From the IMG/VR virus record IMGVR_UViG_3300033076_001181, positions 1 to 64,000 of that record: 64,000 nucleotides of DNA; one strand, 5' to 3'. This document shows positions 9,132 through 17,445 of the stretch, one piece after another (the first letter of the stretch is position 1; every line of letters starts with the position of its first letter). Source of the stretch: a virus. Its lineage: Duplodnaviria; Caudoviricetes. The position numbers were made by a program, and so were the translations under genes. The notes under the pieces are model-generated. The model searched no databases. It was not told the origin of the DNA and saw only the letters and a program-made list of their open reading frames with translations.

Positions 9132-9712
9132 GGTATGTATAAAATTGTTGGGTTATCTTTATGAATTTCAATTTCTGGATATTCTAAATGAAACGCCTGA
9201 GTGTCAAATGGTTTTGTAATCAAATGGCATCCATTTTTAGTTGGAATGATATGTAAACATTTTGGTCCGTTAGGTGATAATTTATGATCAATCATAGCCA
9301 TCATAAGTGGGCTTGGTGTGTTCATACCATCACAATCTAGAATAAATGTCTTATTATCTTTTGACTCACAATTATGTCTTCCAATGACAGTTTCAAGACT
9401 TGATTTAATACCTTCATATTGACTATTAGCAATCAATTCAGCATTATGTCTTAAACATTCTAAAGCAATCTTACTAAACTTTCTTCTATTTAAGTGAATA
9501 TAAGCTCTAGCATTAAACATCTCACATATTTGAACAATCTCAGATCCGTTTTTATCAAACTTTTCCTCACTCGAAATCATATATGAGCGAATGATTCTAT
9601 TATTTGAACCTAATTCAGGATTTTCTTTTTTACGTTGTATGATCTGAATGAAGTAGAAGTAATCGTCTTCGAACTTCATTAATGATCTTATTTGTTCAAA
9701 ATTATCTATCAT
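9128..9712 (-). CDS. conserved phage protein, possibly a divergent AEP/primase-like fold
   Basis: ILDCD and TKNGCHLI resemble AEP motifs I and II; weak. Confidence 0.4.
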   Translation of the reverse strand: MIDNFEQIRSLMKFEDDYFYFIQIIQRKKENPELGSNNRIIRSYMISSEEKFDKNGSEIVQICEMFNARAYIHLNRRKFSKIALECLRHNAELIANSQYEGIKSSLETVIGRHNCESKDNKTFILDCDGMNTPSPLMMAMIDHKLSPNGPKCLHIIPTKNGCHLITKPFDTQAFHLEYPEIEIHKDNPTILYIP

Positions 9713-10059
9713 CGTGTTAATTTGTGAATTTTAATATTTACTCTACGTTTCAAACAATTCCATTGTAACATAAAACCACCTTTACCTTCACCATTAGTGT
9801 TATTAAACTCTTTACATTTATTAAAACTGCGAGTGAATTTACTCTTATATTCCTTTACAATATTAAAGAATTTATTTTTATGACCGAAATGATTACTCAC
9901 CCACTCACCACCAGGTATACCTTTATTACCTTGCCATGTCACCAAACGTGTTTTAGTTTCATTATAAATGTCATATAAGAAAACATCTACAGTTTGAGTA
10001 GCAACATCTGGTTCCAACCATAACTCAGTTTCATTGTGTAATTTCAATTTTTCAATCAT
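9709..10059 (-). CDS. hypothetical protein
   Basis: 116-aa ORF directly after promoter at 10086. Confidence 0.6.
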   Translation of the reverse strand: MIEKLKLHNETELWLEPDVATQTVDVFLYDIYNETKTRLVTWQGNKGIPGGEWVSNHFGHKNKFFNIVKEYKSKFTRSFNKCKEFNNTNGEGKGGFMLQWNCLKRRVNIKIHKLTR

Positions 10060-10085
10060 AACTTATTATTTATTTTAATTATGAT

Positions 10086-10117
10086 TAAATATAACAAAGA
10101 ATGGCCCTAAGGCCAAA
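10086..10117 (-). promoter_or_regulatory. early promoter fused with GGCC hairpin
   Basis: TTTG-N20-TATATTTA; TGGCC-TTAG-GGCCA at 10102-10115. Confidence 0.8.
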
Positions 10118-10143
10118 CTTTACATAAGATATTTTACACTCTC

Positions 10144-10734
10144 TTATTTTATATCAGCACTTTCAATTAAAGTGTAAGTGAATGAGTTACCATGTATAGC
10201 AGCTGCTTTTCTCATAATTTCCATAAATGCTTCAAAATCTTTGGCTCTCTTGAATACTTGACATCCTTCAGACCAGTTCTCAACATAAGTTGAGTCAGCA
10301 CCTGCTTTATGAATATTAATACCAAATACACCTTCTTGAATCTTGGTTTCATCATATTTCATATCACGGTTTGGGTCACGGTATACTTTAACATTTGATT
10401 TTTGTCTTAATGCTTCATATTTACCTTGATGTAAACCTAACATATGTGAACCACGGTATTGTCCTTCAACTAAACGAGCAACACCAGCTGCATTATGATA
10501 CTCCATTACTCCTTTTTTACCTGGGTCAGTAGTGATAATCCATTCTTTGTAAACCCAATTACCATTTTCTTTATATGATACAGTAATACGATCATCAAAT
10601 GCGTTTGTAACTGCTTGACCAGTGTCTGAGTTTCTTACTCCAACAATATTAACGTCAAAGTCTTTTGCACCTTCAAACCAAACATATCCTTTGGCTTTAA
10701 CAGCAGCTTCAATTTTTTCTTTAGTGTAATTCAT
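10144..10734 (-). CDS. putative endolysin, YkuD/L,D-transpeptidase-like
   Basis: GINIH...NWSEGCQVF (His...S-x-G-C catalytic arrangement); no signal peptide; late operon. Confidence 0.65.
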   Translation of the reverse strand: MNYTKEKIEAAVKAKGYVWFEGAKDFDVNIVGVRNSDTGQAVTNAFDDRITVSYKENGNWVYKEWIITTDPGKKGVMEYHNAAGVARLVEGQYRGSHMLGLHQGKYEALRQKSNVKVYRDPNRDMKYDETKIQEGVFGINIHKAGADSTYVENWSEGCQVFKRAKDFEAFMEIMRKAAAIHGNSFTYTLIESADIK

Positions 10735-10739
10735 GTGTG

Positions 10740-11351
10740 TTATGCTTTTAAGTGATTAGATAAAACTCCACCCAATGAGATAGAGGTACGTATTAGTTCT
10801 TCAATTTCTTTTAATTTTAATCTATGTTTTTCTTTAGTGTAATCAATACCCAAAATAGCTATAAACTTACCTTCAAAATTCTTAATAGCAAACAAGTATT
10901 GAGATTTGGTTCCATACTCAGCTGCAAAGTATTTTAAACCATATGTTGAGATAGTCTCATCTTCAAAATCAGGAATGGTGACAGCTCCTTCATTTAATAA
11001 CTCATTAAAACTCTTACTAAATAAGGCAACTGGGATGTTTTTAAGTGTTAATTGGAGTGATTGAGCACTAGGAGTAACTGTCTCATAGAATATAGAGAAC
11101 TTAGCTATTGATTTTCCTGTAGGATAAAAGTGACCGCCGTTATGGAATTGACTTAACCATACACGATCGGCCTCATAATCATCTTTTATCTGATCTAATT
11201 TAGTAGTAACCAACTCACCTACTTCAAGTGCTTCAGTTACCATATCAGTTTTCTTTTTACCTAGTTTATTATCTAAGTACCATTTACTTGTTAGAACTAT
11301 AATAGGGCCAATTATGCCCCCTATTATAGCTACCCAAATTGTCTCTCCCAT
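10740..11351 (-). CDS. TM + GAF-like domain protein, T4-holin-like architecture
   Basis: one N-terminal TM helix; ADRVWLSQFHNG...KSQYLFAIKNFEGKFIAILGIDY is GAF-like; directly upstream of putative endolysin. Confidence 0.55.
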   Translation of the reverse strand: MGETIWVAIIGGIIGPIIVLTSKWYLDNKLGKKKTDMVTEALEVGELVTTKLDQIKDDYEADRVWLSQFHNGGHFYPTGKSIAKFSIFYETVTPSAQSLQLTLKNIPVALFSKSFNELLNEGAVTIPDFEDETISTYGLKYFAAEYGTKSQYLFAIKNFEGKFIAILGIDYTKEKHRLKLKEIEELIRTSISLGGVLSNHLKA

Positions 11352-11375
11352 TCTTTAATTATAGATGATTTATCT

Positions 11376-11383
11376 ATAAATAT
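11376..11383 (-). promoter_or_regulatory. putative late promoter motif ATATTTAT
   Basis: 24 nt upstream of ATG at 11351; overlaps an 8-bp inverted repeat. Confidence 0.55.
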
Positions 11384-11598
11384 TAGAATGGTAGTTCATC
11401 GTCATCTTCTTTTTTAAAAAATTCATCCAAAAACCATTTTGGGTATAATAAAACTACACCCTCATATTTTGGGTTACTTACTTGGCGGGTGTTGATTGGA
11501 ATACGTCTACGTTTAGCTGTTTCATTAACTTCCCCACCCAGTTTTTTACCAGCTGCTTTCCCTAAATAGTCATATAATGACATTAATGTATTATCCAT
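11383..11598 (-). CDS. hypothetical protein
   Basis: SLYDYLGKAAG...NPKYEGVVLLYP motif; acidic tail. Confidence 0.6.
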   Translation of the reverse strand: MDNTLMSLYDYLGKAAGKKLGGEVNETAKRRRIPINTRQVSNPKYEGVVLLYPKWFLDEFFKKEDDDELPF

Positions 11599-11842
11599 TT
11601 AGCACCTCCTCTAATGTTTTCCAATGTACTTCATGTCCTTCATCTCCAAAGACACCTGTTGCCATTGCTAAGTGAATTACTCCATTTTCATCTTTCCCAA
11701 TTGCTACTGATCCAAGACCTTCACAAATGTAATAAGGATTAATTGTTCCGGGTTTCATATCAGCAGCGATTGCTTCAATATCAAAATCCCATCCCATGTT
11801 TGGGTCATTCATTTCAACCCATTGTTTACTAAAATCTGCCAT
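11591..11842 (-). CDS. hypothetical protein
   Basis: 83-aa ORF in coupled run. Confidence 0.6.
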   Translation of the reverse strand: MADFSKQWVEMNDPNMGWDFDIEAIAADMKPGTINPYYICEGLGSVAIGKDENGVIHLAMATGVFGDEGHEVHWKTLEEVLNG

Positions 11843-11845
11843 AAC

Positions 11846-12349
11846 TTATTTATTTAATGATAATAATTTTTCTTCTTGAAGCCAATTTCTTTGGTAATCT
11901 TTTTTAACTGCTTCTTTAGCGTAGTGATTTATAATTGGTCTTCCAGTATTATAAGCACCTGCTGCTTTCTTCCAACTCTTATATCGCTTATAATTTTGAG
12001 CGAGTATTTTCATACTTAAATTAACATTAAATTCGATACTATCTCTTAATTCAGATTTAGTCACCTTACGTTCTGCGAAATAAGAAGCATACCTATACAT
12101 TATTTGCATTGGCCCCATAGCTCCCTTTTTAGATACTCGAGATGGATTATAGGTTGAGTCTTGTGGTCCACGATATGTAGTTTCTAAATGAGCTATATTA
12201 AACGCTACATGTTTAGGTACATTATACATTCCTGAGTATAACATAATTGCTCTATACATCCTTAAAGCAGCGTTTGGTTTCTCAATAGGTTTATAGATTG
12301 TTCCACTCATGAGTGTCACACAACCAATGGCTATTAATAACTTTTTCAT
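11846..12349 (-). CDS. lytic transglycosylase (SLT domain) with signal peptide
   Basis: catalytic LETTY, GAMGPMQIM, AAGAYNTG motifs; N-terminal hydrophobic leader. Confidence 0.85.
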   Translation of the reverse strand: MKKLLIAIGCVTLMSGTIYKPIEKPNAALRMYRAIMLYSGMYNVPKHVAFNIAHLETTYRGPQDSTYNPSRVSKKGAMGPMQIMYRYASYFAERKVTKSELRDSIEFNVNLSMKILAQNYKRYKSWKKAAGAYNTGRPIINHYAKEAVKKDYQRNWLQEEKLLSLNK

Positions 12350-12353
12350 ATCC

Positions 12354-12385
12354 TAAATATAATAAAGAAAGGCCCGAAGGCCTAA
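12354..12385 (-). promoter_or_regulatory. early promoter fused with GGCC hairpin
   Basis: TTAG-N20-TATATTTA; AGGCC-TTCG-GGCCT at 12370-12383 then TTCTTT. Confidence 0.78.
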
Positions 12386-12408
12386 CTTATTTTATATTTG
12401 GGTTGAAA

Positions 12409-12861
12409 TTAATCTAATGTACCTACAGCTCCACGAATATCAGAAGCAGCTGATTTATTGAGGGCGTCAATTTTTTCATTACTTGGGATAAATTTATCAC
12501 CATTAATACTTAACTTAGCATCTCCATATATTCGAATAAAACGATCTTTCCAATCTTCAAATGACTCAGGACGTAATACCTCAATCCATGCTCCCCCAGT
12601 TATATCATAAGGTAATTTTTTACCTTTAATATCATCAAATGATAGAGTAGAAACCATCATCTCACCTTCTTCATTTAAACCAATTTGAATATCATTTCCT
12701 TTCTCATCTTGAAAACTAGTTGACATACGATCTATTTTTTCACCTTTAGTGAAATTATTTATCTTATCATCTTCTCTATATTGTTTGGTTGAAAATGTCT
12801 CATCAACGTTCTCATTTAGATGTTCACGACGCCATTGGTATACATTAAAGTCTTTAGCCAT
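12409..12861 (-). CDS. hypothetical late protein, possible internal virion protein
   Basis: acidic 150 aa, leader FNVYQWRREHLNE; preceded by ATATTTAT and followed by hairpin. Confidence 0.55.
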   Translation of the reverse strand: MAKDFNVYQWRREHLNENVDETFSTKQYREDDKINNFTKGEKIDRMSTSFQDEKGNDIQIGLNEEGEMMVSTLSFDDIKGKKLPYDITGGAWIEVLRPESFEDWKDRFIRIYGDAKLSINGDKFIPSNEKIDALNKSAASDIRGAVGTLD

Positions 12862-12863
12862 TT

Positions 12864-13319
12864 TTATTTTTTATTATAAATATCATTATTCTTTTCCTTT
12901 GCATCAAGTAATCCTCTACCATGTACTTTCATTCGCTCCCAATATCTATCTTTAACAAGTTGATGTATTGGTAGTGGTTTACCTTCATCATCAATGCGAA
13001 CAAAGACGATTTTAGTGTGGGTAACTGTCTCTTGGGCACCTGTATAGACATTATGTTTTCTGACGTCTATCTCCACTGTAACTGAGGTATTTCCGAACTC
13101 AACTACTTGACCATATATCTTTAAAATTGCTCCTACTTTAACAGGTCGTTTAAAGATTAACTCATCAATTTTTAAAGTAACAACTCGTTGTGTGTCACAG
13201 ATTTGAGATACATACGAAGCAGCAGCATCGTCAATTAAAGACATAATAGTGCCACCAAACATATTGTCATGGACACCAATGTCTCCTTTTTTACAAATGT
13301 AAGTAGTAATTAACTCCAT
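12864..13319 (-). CDS. acyl-CoA thioesterase (HotDog fold, YciA-like)
   Basis: NMFGGTIMSLIDDAA, VVTLKIDELIFKRPV, GNTSVTV, IVFVRID. Confidence 0.88.
   Translation of the reverse strand: MELITTYICKKGDIGVHDNMFGGTIMSLIDDAAASYVSQICDTQRVVTLKIDELIFKRPVKVGAILKIYGQVVEFGNTSVTVEIDVRKHNVYTGAQETVTHTKIVFVRIDDEGKPLPIHQLVKDRYWERMKVHGRGLLDAKEKNNDIYNKK
12876..12883 (-). promoter_or_regulatory. putative late promoter motif ATATTTAT
   Basis: 14 nt upstream of ATG at 12861 (within the end of the upstream gene). Confidence 0.5.
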
Positions 13320-13528
13320 TATAGACTAATTGTACAGTCAACAATTTCTACACTTCTATTAGCCATTGCTCCACAATGTTCAATACTGTGTTTTACTAAC
13401 TCTGCTTTTTGAAGTGTTTCACAAATGCAAATAAGCTCATTTGTTTGTTTACTTCTAACTTGATAATTCCCTTTCATAACTGATTTAAATATGTTTCTAT
13501 AAATTGATGAATATTCATCTATTGACAT
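13319..13528 (-). CDS. hypothetical protein
   Basis: 69-aa ORF immediately after promoter at 13533. Confidence 0.55.
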   Translation of the reverse strand: MSIDEYSSIYRNIFKSVMKGNYQVRSKQTNELICICETLQKAELVKHSIEHCGAMANRSVEIVDCTISL

Positions 13529-13532
13529 GACT

Positions 13533-13564
13533 GTAATATAATAAAAATAGGCCCTAAGGCCTAA
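13533..13564 (-). promoter_or_regulatory. early promoter fused with GGCC hairpin
   Basis: TTAG-N20-TATATTAC; TAGGCC-TTAG-GGCCTA at 13548-13563 then TTTTT. Confidence 0.78.
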
Positions 13565-13566
13565 TT

Positions 13567-13830
13567 TTATTTTTCAAATTTTGCACTAAACTTTCCTGGT
13601 TTTTCAGGATGTGCTCCAATTTTTATTTTGCCTATCATTTTGCCTAATGCCTCTATTTGTTTAGCATCTGGTTTTACTCTAAAGATAATAAAATTATCTT
13701 CTTTATGTGCTCCAATTCCTTTTGTTATTGGGTCAGCGTTAATTGCTTTTAAAGCCATGTCTATATCATTAGACGCGAATTCAGCTATTATGGCTTCTTT
13801 AATAAGTTGTTTTAGTTCAGATCTTTTCAT
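13567..13830 (-). CDS. hypothetical late protein with MKRSELKQLIKE leader
   Basis: leader shared with 49277-49489; ATATTTAT at 13835-13842. Confidence 0.6.
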   Translation of the reverse strand: MKRSELKQLIKEAIIAEFASNDIDMALKAINADPITKGIGAHKEDNFIIFRVKPDAKQIEALGKMIGKIKIGAHPEKPGKFSAKFEK

Positions 13831-13834
13831 GTTA

Positions 13835-13842
13835 ATAAATAT
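13835..13842 (-). promoter_or_regulatory. putative late promoter motif ATATTTAT
   Basis: 4 nt upstream of ATG at 13830, right after the thyA stop. Confidence 0.55.
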
Positions 13843-13844
13843 TA

Positions 13845-14882
13845 TTAATTTGATAAAGGTGCTTTAATTGCTGGATGTGATTGATAGTTCTCTAAGATAA
13901 TATCATTAACCGATGAACAATGGATACCATCTCTAACTGATACTTTTGGTAGTGGGTAAGGTTCTCTATTAATCTGTTCTTTGGCTTGTTCAATATGATT
14001 TGAATACAAGTGAACATCACCTAAGTTTCCTATAAGTTGATCAGGAACCATGTTTACTTCATCAGCAATCATTGTTAATAGTAATCCGTAACTAGCAATG
14101 TTGAATGGTAAGCCTAAGAATGTATCTACTGAGCGTTGATTCCACATTAAAGAGATTGCTCTGGTTGGGATGTTTTGATTCTTTAAGGCTTCATGAGTTG
14201 CTTCCACTAAATCATAAGATTGTGGTTTTGGATTAAGAAGTTTACATCTCTCTTCCAAACTCAACTCTCTTGTATAAACTTGAAAACTATAATGACAAGG
14301 AGGTAACACCATTTCATCTAATTCACCTACATTCCAAGCATTAACCATTAGTCGTCTTGAGTCTGGATTTGTTTTAAGGTCGTTGATTAGAATTGCTATT
14401 TGGTCAATGACTGTTTGGTCAGCTTCACCAAAGATATTTTCATAACTACCATCTGTTGATAGATACATTTTATTTTTAGTCCAACTTCTCCATTGCTTAC
14501 CGTAAATTGGTCCTAAATCCCAAGTAGATTCATGAAATGAACTATCACCTGCTAATGCAAATTTTTTCATTTCATCTAAACTATACGGTTCTGAGCATGT
14601 AGTTTTGTAATGTTTATACCAATCTCCATCCCATATAGTACAGTTGTTTTTCCAAAGAAATCTTATATCAGTATCACCTCTTAAAAACCATAGTAGTTCA
14701 GTTACAATCTGCTTCCAAGCCATTTTCTTGGTTGTGAGTAAAGGAAAGCCTTCACTCATATTGTGACGAATCTGCCAACCAAAGACTGATTTGGTCCCCG
14801 TGCCGGTTCGATCTTTCTTTTCTACTCCATTTCCTAGAATATACTCTAGGAGCATTTGGTATTCTTTATCTAGGTTGTTCAT
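13845..14882 (-). CDS. thyA: thymidylate synthase
   Basis: DRTGTGT, FPLLTTKK, LGPIYGKQWR, SRRL, LPPCH, QRSVD.FLGLPFN, DVHLYSNH. Confidence 0.97.
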   Translation of the reverse strand: MNNLDKEYQMLLEYILGNGVEKKDRTGTGTKSVFGWQIRHNMSEGFPLLTTKKMAWKQIVTELLWFLRGDTDIRFLWKNNCTIWDGDWYKHYKTTCSEPYSLDEMKKFALAGDSSFHESTWDLGPIYGKQWRSWTKNKMYLSTDGSYENIFGEADQTVIDQIAILINDLKTNPDSRRLMVNAWNVGELDEMVLPPCHYSFQVYTRELSLEERCKLLNPKPQSYDLVEATHEALKNQNIPTRAISLMWNQRSVDTFLGLPFNIASYGLLLTMIADEVNMVPDQLIGNLGDVHLYSNHIEQAKEQINREPYPLPKVSVRDGIHCSSVNDIILENYQSHPAIKAPLSN

Positions 14883-14887
14883 ATTAG

Positions 14888-15421
14888 TTAATCTTTCACA
14901 ATCATTTTCTTTTCCCTTGACCCATCACTATAAACATAGATGTAGAATCTATTTGGTTCTGGAGTAGCTTCCCTACCAGTTTCATCAATTACTTTGATTA
15001 GTTTTTTACTGATTGATAGTTCTTCAACACCTACTACATCAGAGCAATCAGTCCATGAAACACCGTAGAACCCACTACCTCCAATCTGAAAAACATGAAA
15101 TCCATGTTGAGTAGAGTCAAGTGTTTCAGTGAATGTTGTGTCAAATACACAACCACACATACCTACCGCATGAACAGTGTAAGTAATAGGTACTCCAATT
15201 GGTACAATAAACTGATAATTTCCATTATATGGACCTTGTGATGACACGTCTGGTTGTGGTGAAATACTGATAACAGGTAAGCCGTTTTGCATTGTAGCAA
15301 ATCCACCACAAATTGTGTCATAAGTTGAACTCACTGAAATGGTTTGGTTAAAGTCTATGACTTGTGAATAACCGATTAAGGTTGTTAAGCTCATTAGAGC
15401 AATTAAAAATAGTTTTTTCAT
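14888..15421 (-). CDS. secreted protein with T9SS-type C-terminal sorting domain
   Basis: signal peptide MKKLFLIALMSL; C-terminus VGVEEL...KLIKVIDETGRE...FYIYVYSDGSREKKMIVK. Confidence 0.7.
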   Translation of the reverse strand: MKKLFLIALMSLTTLIGYSQVIDFNQTISVSSTYDTICGGFATMQNGLPVISISPQPDVSSQGPYNGNYQFIVPIGVPITYTVHAVGMCGCVFDTTFTETLDSTQHGFHVFQIGGSGFYGVSWTDCSDVVGVEELSISKKLIKVIDETGREATPEPNRFYIYVYSDGSREKKMIVKD

Positions 15422-15444
15422 ATTATTTGTTTTTGTTTTTGTTT

Positions 15445-15813
15445 TTAGAATAATAATGCTCCAACAATAGCCCCTTCAACAAAACTACTACCATTATCTA
15501 CAACTACAGTTTTAGTTTGGGTTACTGGCGGAGTATTAGCTCCAATATTCATTTTGGTTTCATTTGGTGGTGTACCATCATTATTAGTGCTCAAACTAGG
15601 GACAATTCGTGCAGTTACATTTGCATCTTCATCATCTGCAATTAAGATACTAGAATGTATTGGGCAGGAGAAAATTAATTTTTGATCAATATTAACGAAA
15701 TTTCCATTACCATTGTAGTATGCGTCTGTAATTTTGAAAATTACATTTCCTTGAATTACTGTGTAATCCGAATATGTGCGTCCATATGGGCACGTTTTTT
15801 GTTTTTTACTCAT
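15445..15813 (-). CDS. hypothetical protein
   Basis: 122-aa ORF after promoter at 15831; ends FVEGAIVGALLF. Confidence 0.55.
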   Translation of the reverse strand: MSKKQKTCPYGRTYSDYTVIQGNVIFKITDAYYNGNGNFVNIDQKLIFSCPIHSSILIADDEDANVTARIVPSLSTNNDGTPPNETKMNIGANTPPVTQTKTVVVDNGSSFVEGAIVGALLF

Positions 15814-15830
15814 TGTATTTATTTTTTATT

Positions 15831-15861
15831 TAAATATACGATTAAATTTTGGGAAGCCAAA
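15831..15861 (-). promoter_or_regulatory. early promoter
   Basis: TTTG-N19-TATATTTA, intergenic. Confidence 0.72.
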
Positions 15862-15878
15862 CAATATATTATTTGTTT

Positions 15879-16142
15879 TTATTCTAAACTTAAATTATTT
15901 TCTGACATGAGTCCACGAAGTAAGTCTCGTACTTTTTGAGCCATATCTATTTCAGTCTCACTTGCTTCACCTTGCTCAATCATACTTCCTCCGTACTTAA
16001 CAACCTCACGTAGTTCATTATCTAATGACCGTACAACATCTTTCCAATCTCTGGCTTGCATTGCTAGTTTAGCTTCATGAGCTTCTTCGTAACTATCAAA
16101 TTCTAGAATTATCTTTCCCATAACGTTCTCTAAATGCTTCAT
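15879..16142 (-). CDS. hypothetical protein
   Basis: IILEFDSYEEAHEAKLAMQARDWK..V..LDNELR motif common in phage small proteins. Confidence 0.6.
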   Translation of the reverse strand: MKHLENVMGKIILEFDSYEEAHEAKLAMQARDWKDVVRSLDNELREVVKYGGSMIEQGEASETEIDMAQKVRDLLRGLMSENNLSLE

Positions 16143-16383
16143 TATTTTTTAATTCATGTTTAAACCACTCATAATCAGGAATATCTTCATATCCAACAAA
16201 ATGTTTAGTATATTGTTCATATAATTTCCATTCAATAGGTGGATTATTTAATTCCTCAATTATAGGTCTAATATCATCAGCCCATTTCTTTTTCCACTCC
16301 TCAAATGTAAAAGTTGATGTTGGATTACTTTTAAGAAAATTTTTGTATTGTGTTTCTAGTGTTGCCATAATTAATCCCACCAA
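16096..16383 (-). CDS. hypothetical protein
   Basis: likely start MATLETQY; internal quasi-repeat TFEEWKKK / DYEWFKHE. Confidence 0.55.
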   Translation of the reverse strand: MVGLIMATLETQYKNFLKSNPTSTFTFEEWKKKWADDIRPIIEELNNPPIEWKLYEQYTKHFVGYEDIPDYEWFKHELKNNEAFRERYGKDNSRI

Positions 16384-16895
16384 TAATCAATATGATCAGC
16401 TAAGTATTTATAAGCTTCTCGTTTATCTTTTTTATATTGTTTTTCAGCTTTAATCATTCCAGCTCTAAACTCTTCACGATACTGCTTTTCATCTTCAGGT
16501 GTTTTAACACCCTCATGATCAATAAACATTTCTTCAGTGTCTGTTCCTTCAATTGGAACAAATCTTAAAACACCCTCACCCCACTTAACATCTAATTCTC
16601 GCATCATAGGACACTCATAAAATTCCCAAGAGTCTCTAGTTTTATGAAGCATATCAATTGCTGTTTGAATTTCCTCAGCTGTTTCTTTAGTTCTAACTAT
16701 ATGTGTTCTATCTGATAAGAAGAAATCGCGTTTATGTTCTAATTTCTTAATTAGAATCTCATTAAAATAATGATGATCCCAATCTCTGTCTCTCCAAATA
16801 ACTGGGAACCATCTTAACACATTGCGGCATTGTCTAAAAAATATTTTAATTCTATACATAACTTTTAAAATAAATCGTTTAATTCTTTTGGGCAT
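16371..16895 (-). CDS. hypothetical protein
   Basis: WFPVIWRDRDWDH...WWD phage-type motif. Confidence 0.6.
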   Translation of the reverse strand: MPKRIKRFILKVMYRIKIFFRQCRNVLRWFPVIWRDRDWDHHYFNEILIKKLEHKRDFFLSDRTHIVRTKETAEEIQTAIDMLHKTRDSWEFYECPMMRELDVKWGEGVLRFVPIEGTDTEEMFIDHEGVKTPEDEKQYREEFRAGMIKAEKQYKKDKREAYKYLADHIDYWWD

Positions 16896-16943
16896 TCATC
16901 AACAATATAACGTTTGATAAATTTTCTCCAAGCCTGTTTTATT

Positions 16944-17291
16944 TTATCTAACATTCCTCATTACTGTTGCAGTTCCACCAATTATAAATGTTACTCCAAT
17001 TGGAATCATAAATGGGCGAGTACCTTGTTTAAAGTATGGATCATAATACCATCCACCACCTTGTTTAGCATGTTTCCAAGCCTCATTACCCTCAAATTGA
17101 TGGGCAATAATAATAGCTGTTCCAGCCACTACAGCAGCAAACCCACCCCATCTCATAACATCAGCATCTGAGACATAGTTGCCTCTCATAGCTGAGCTCA
17201 TTCTATCAAAAGCAGCATTGCGTTGCTGTCTTGTTTGTGCTTGACTAGACAATGCTAGTAAACACATTAACATAACCATTATTTTTTTCAT
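16944..17291 (-). CDS. secreted/membrane protein
   Basis: signal peptide ending SSQA; two further hydrophobic segments. Confidence 0.55.
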   Translation of the reverse strand: MKKIMVMLMCLLALSSQAQTRQQRNAAFDRMSSAMRGNYVSDADVMRWGGFAAVVAGTAIIIAHQFEGNEAWKHAKQGGGWYYDPYFKQGTRPFMIPIGVTFIIGGTATVMRNVR

Positions 17292-17292
17292 A

Positions 17293-17445
17293 TTACTTTA
17301 TTGTTTCAACTTTATCATAAGCCGCACATTTAGGATGTTTAGCTACACATCCCGTTGCTAATATCATTACAATAGCTACACCTAGTATAATACCTGTAAT
17401 AACTGCTATTGTCAATTGTTGGATTTCTTTTTTTTGCTCTATCAT
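17293..17445 (-). CDS. small lipoprotein, 50 aa (below ORF-track cutoff)
   Basis: hydrophobic leader with lipobox-like LATGC followed by VAKHPKCAAY. Confidence 0.55.
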   Translation of the reverse strand: MIEQKKEIQQLTIAVITGIILGVAIVMILATGCVAKHPKCAAYDKVETIK

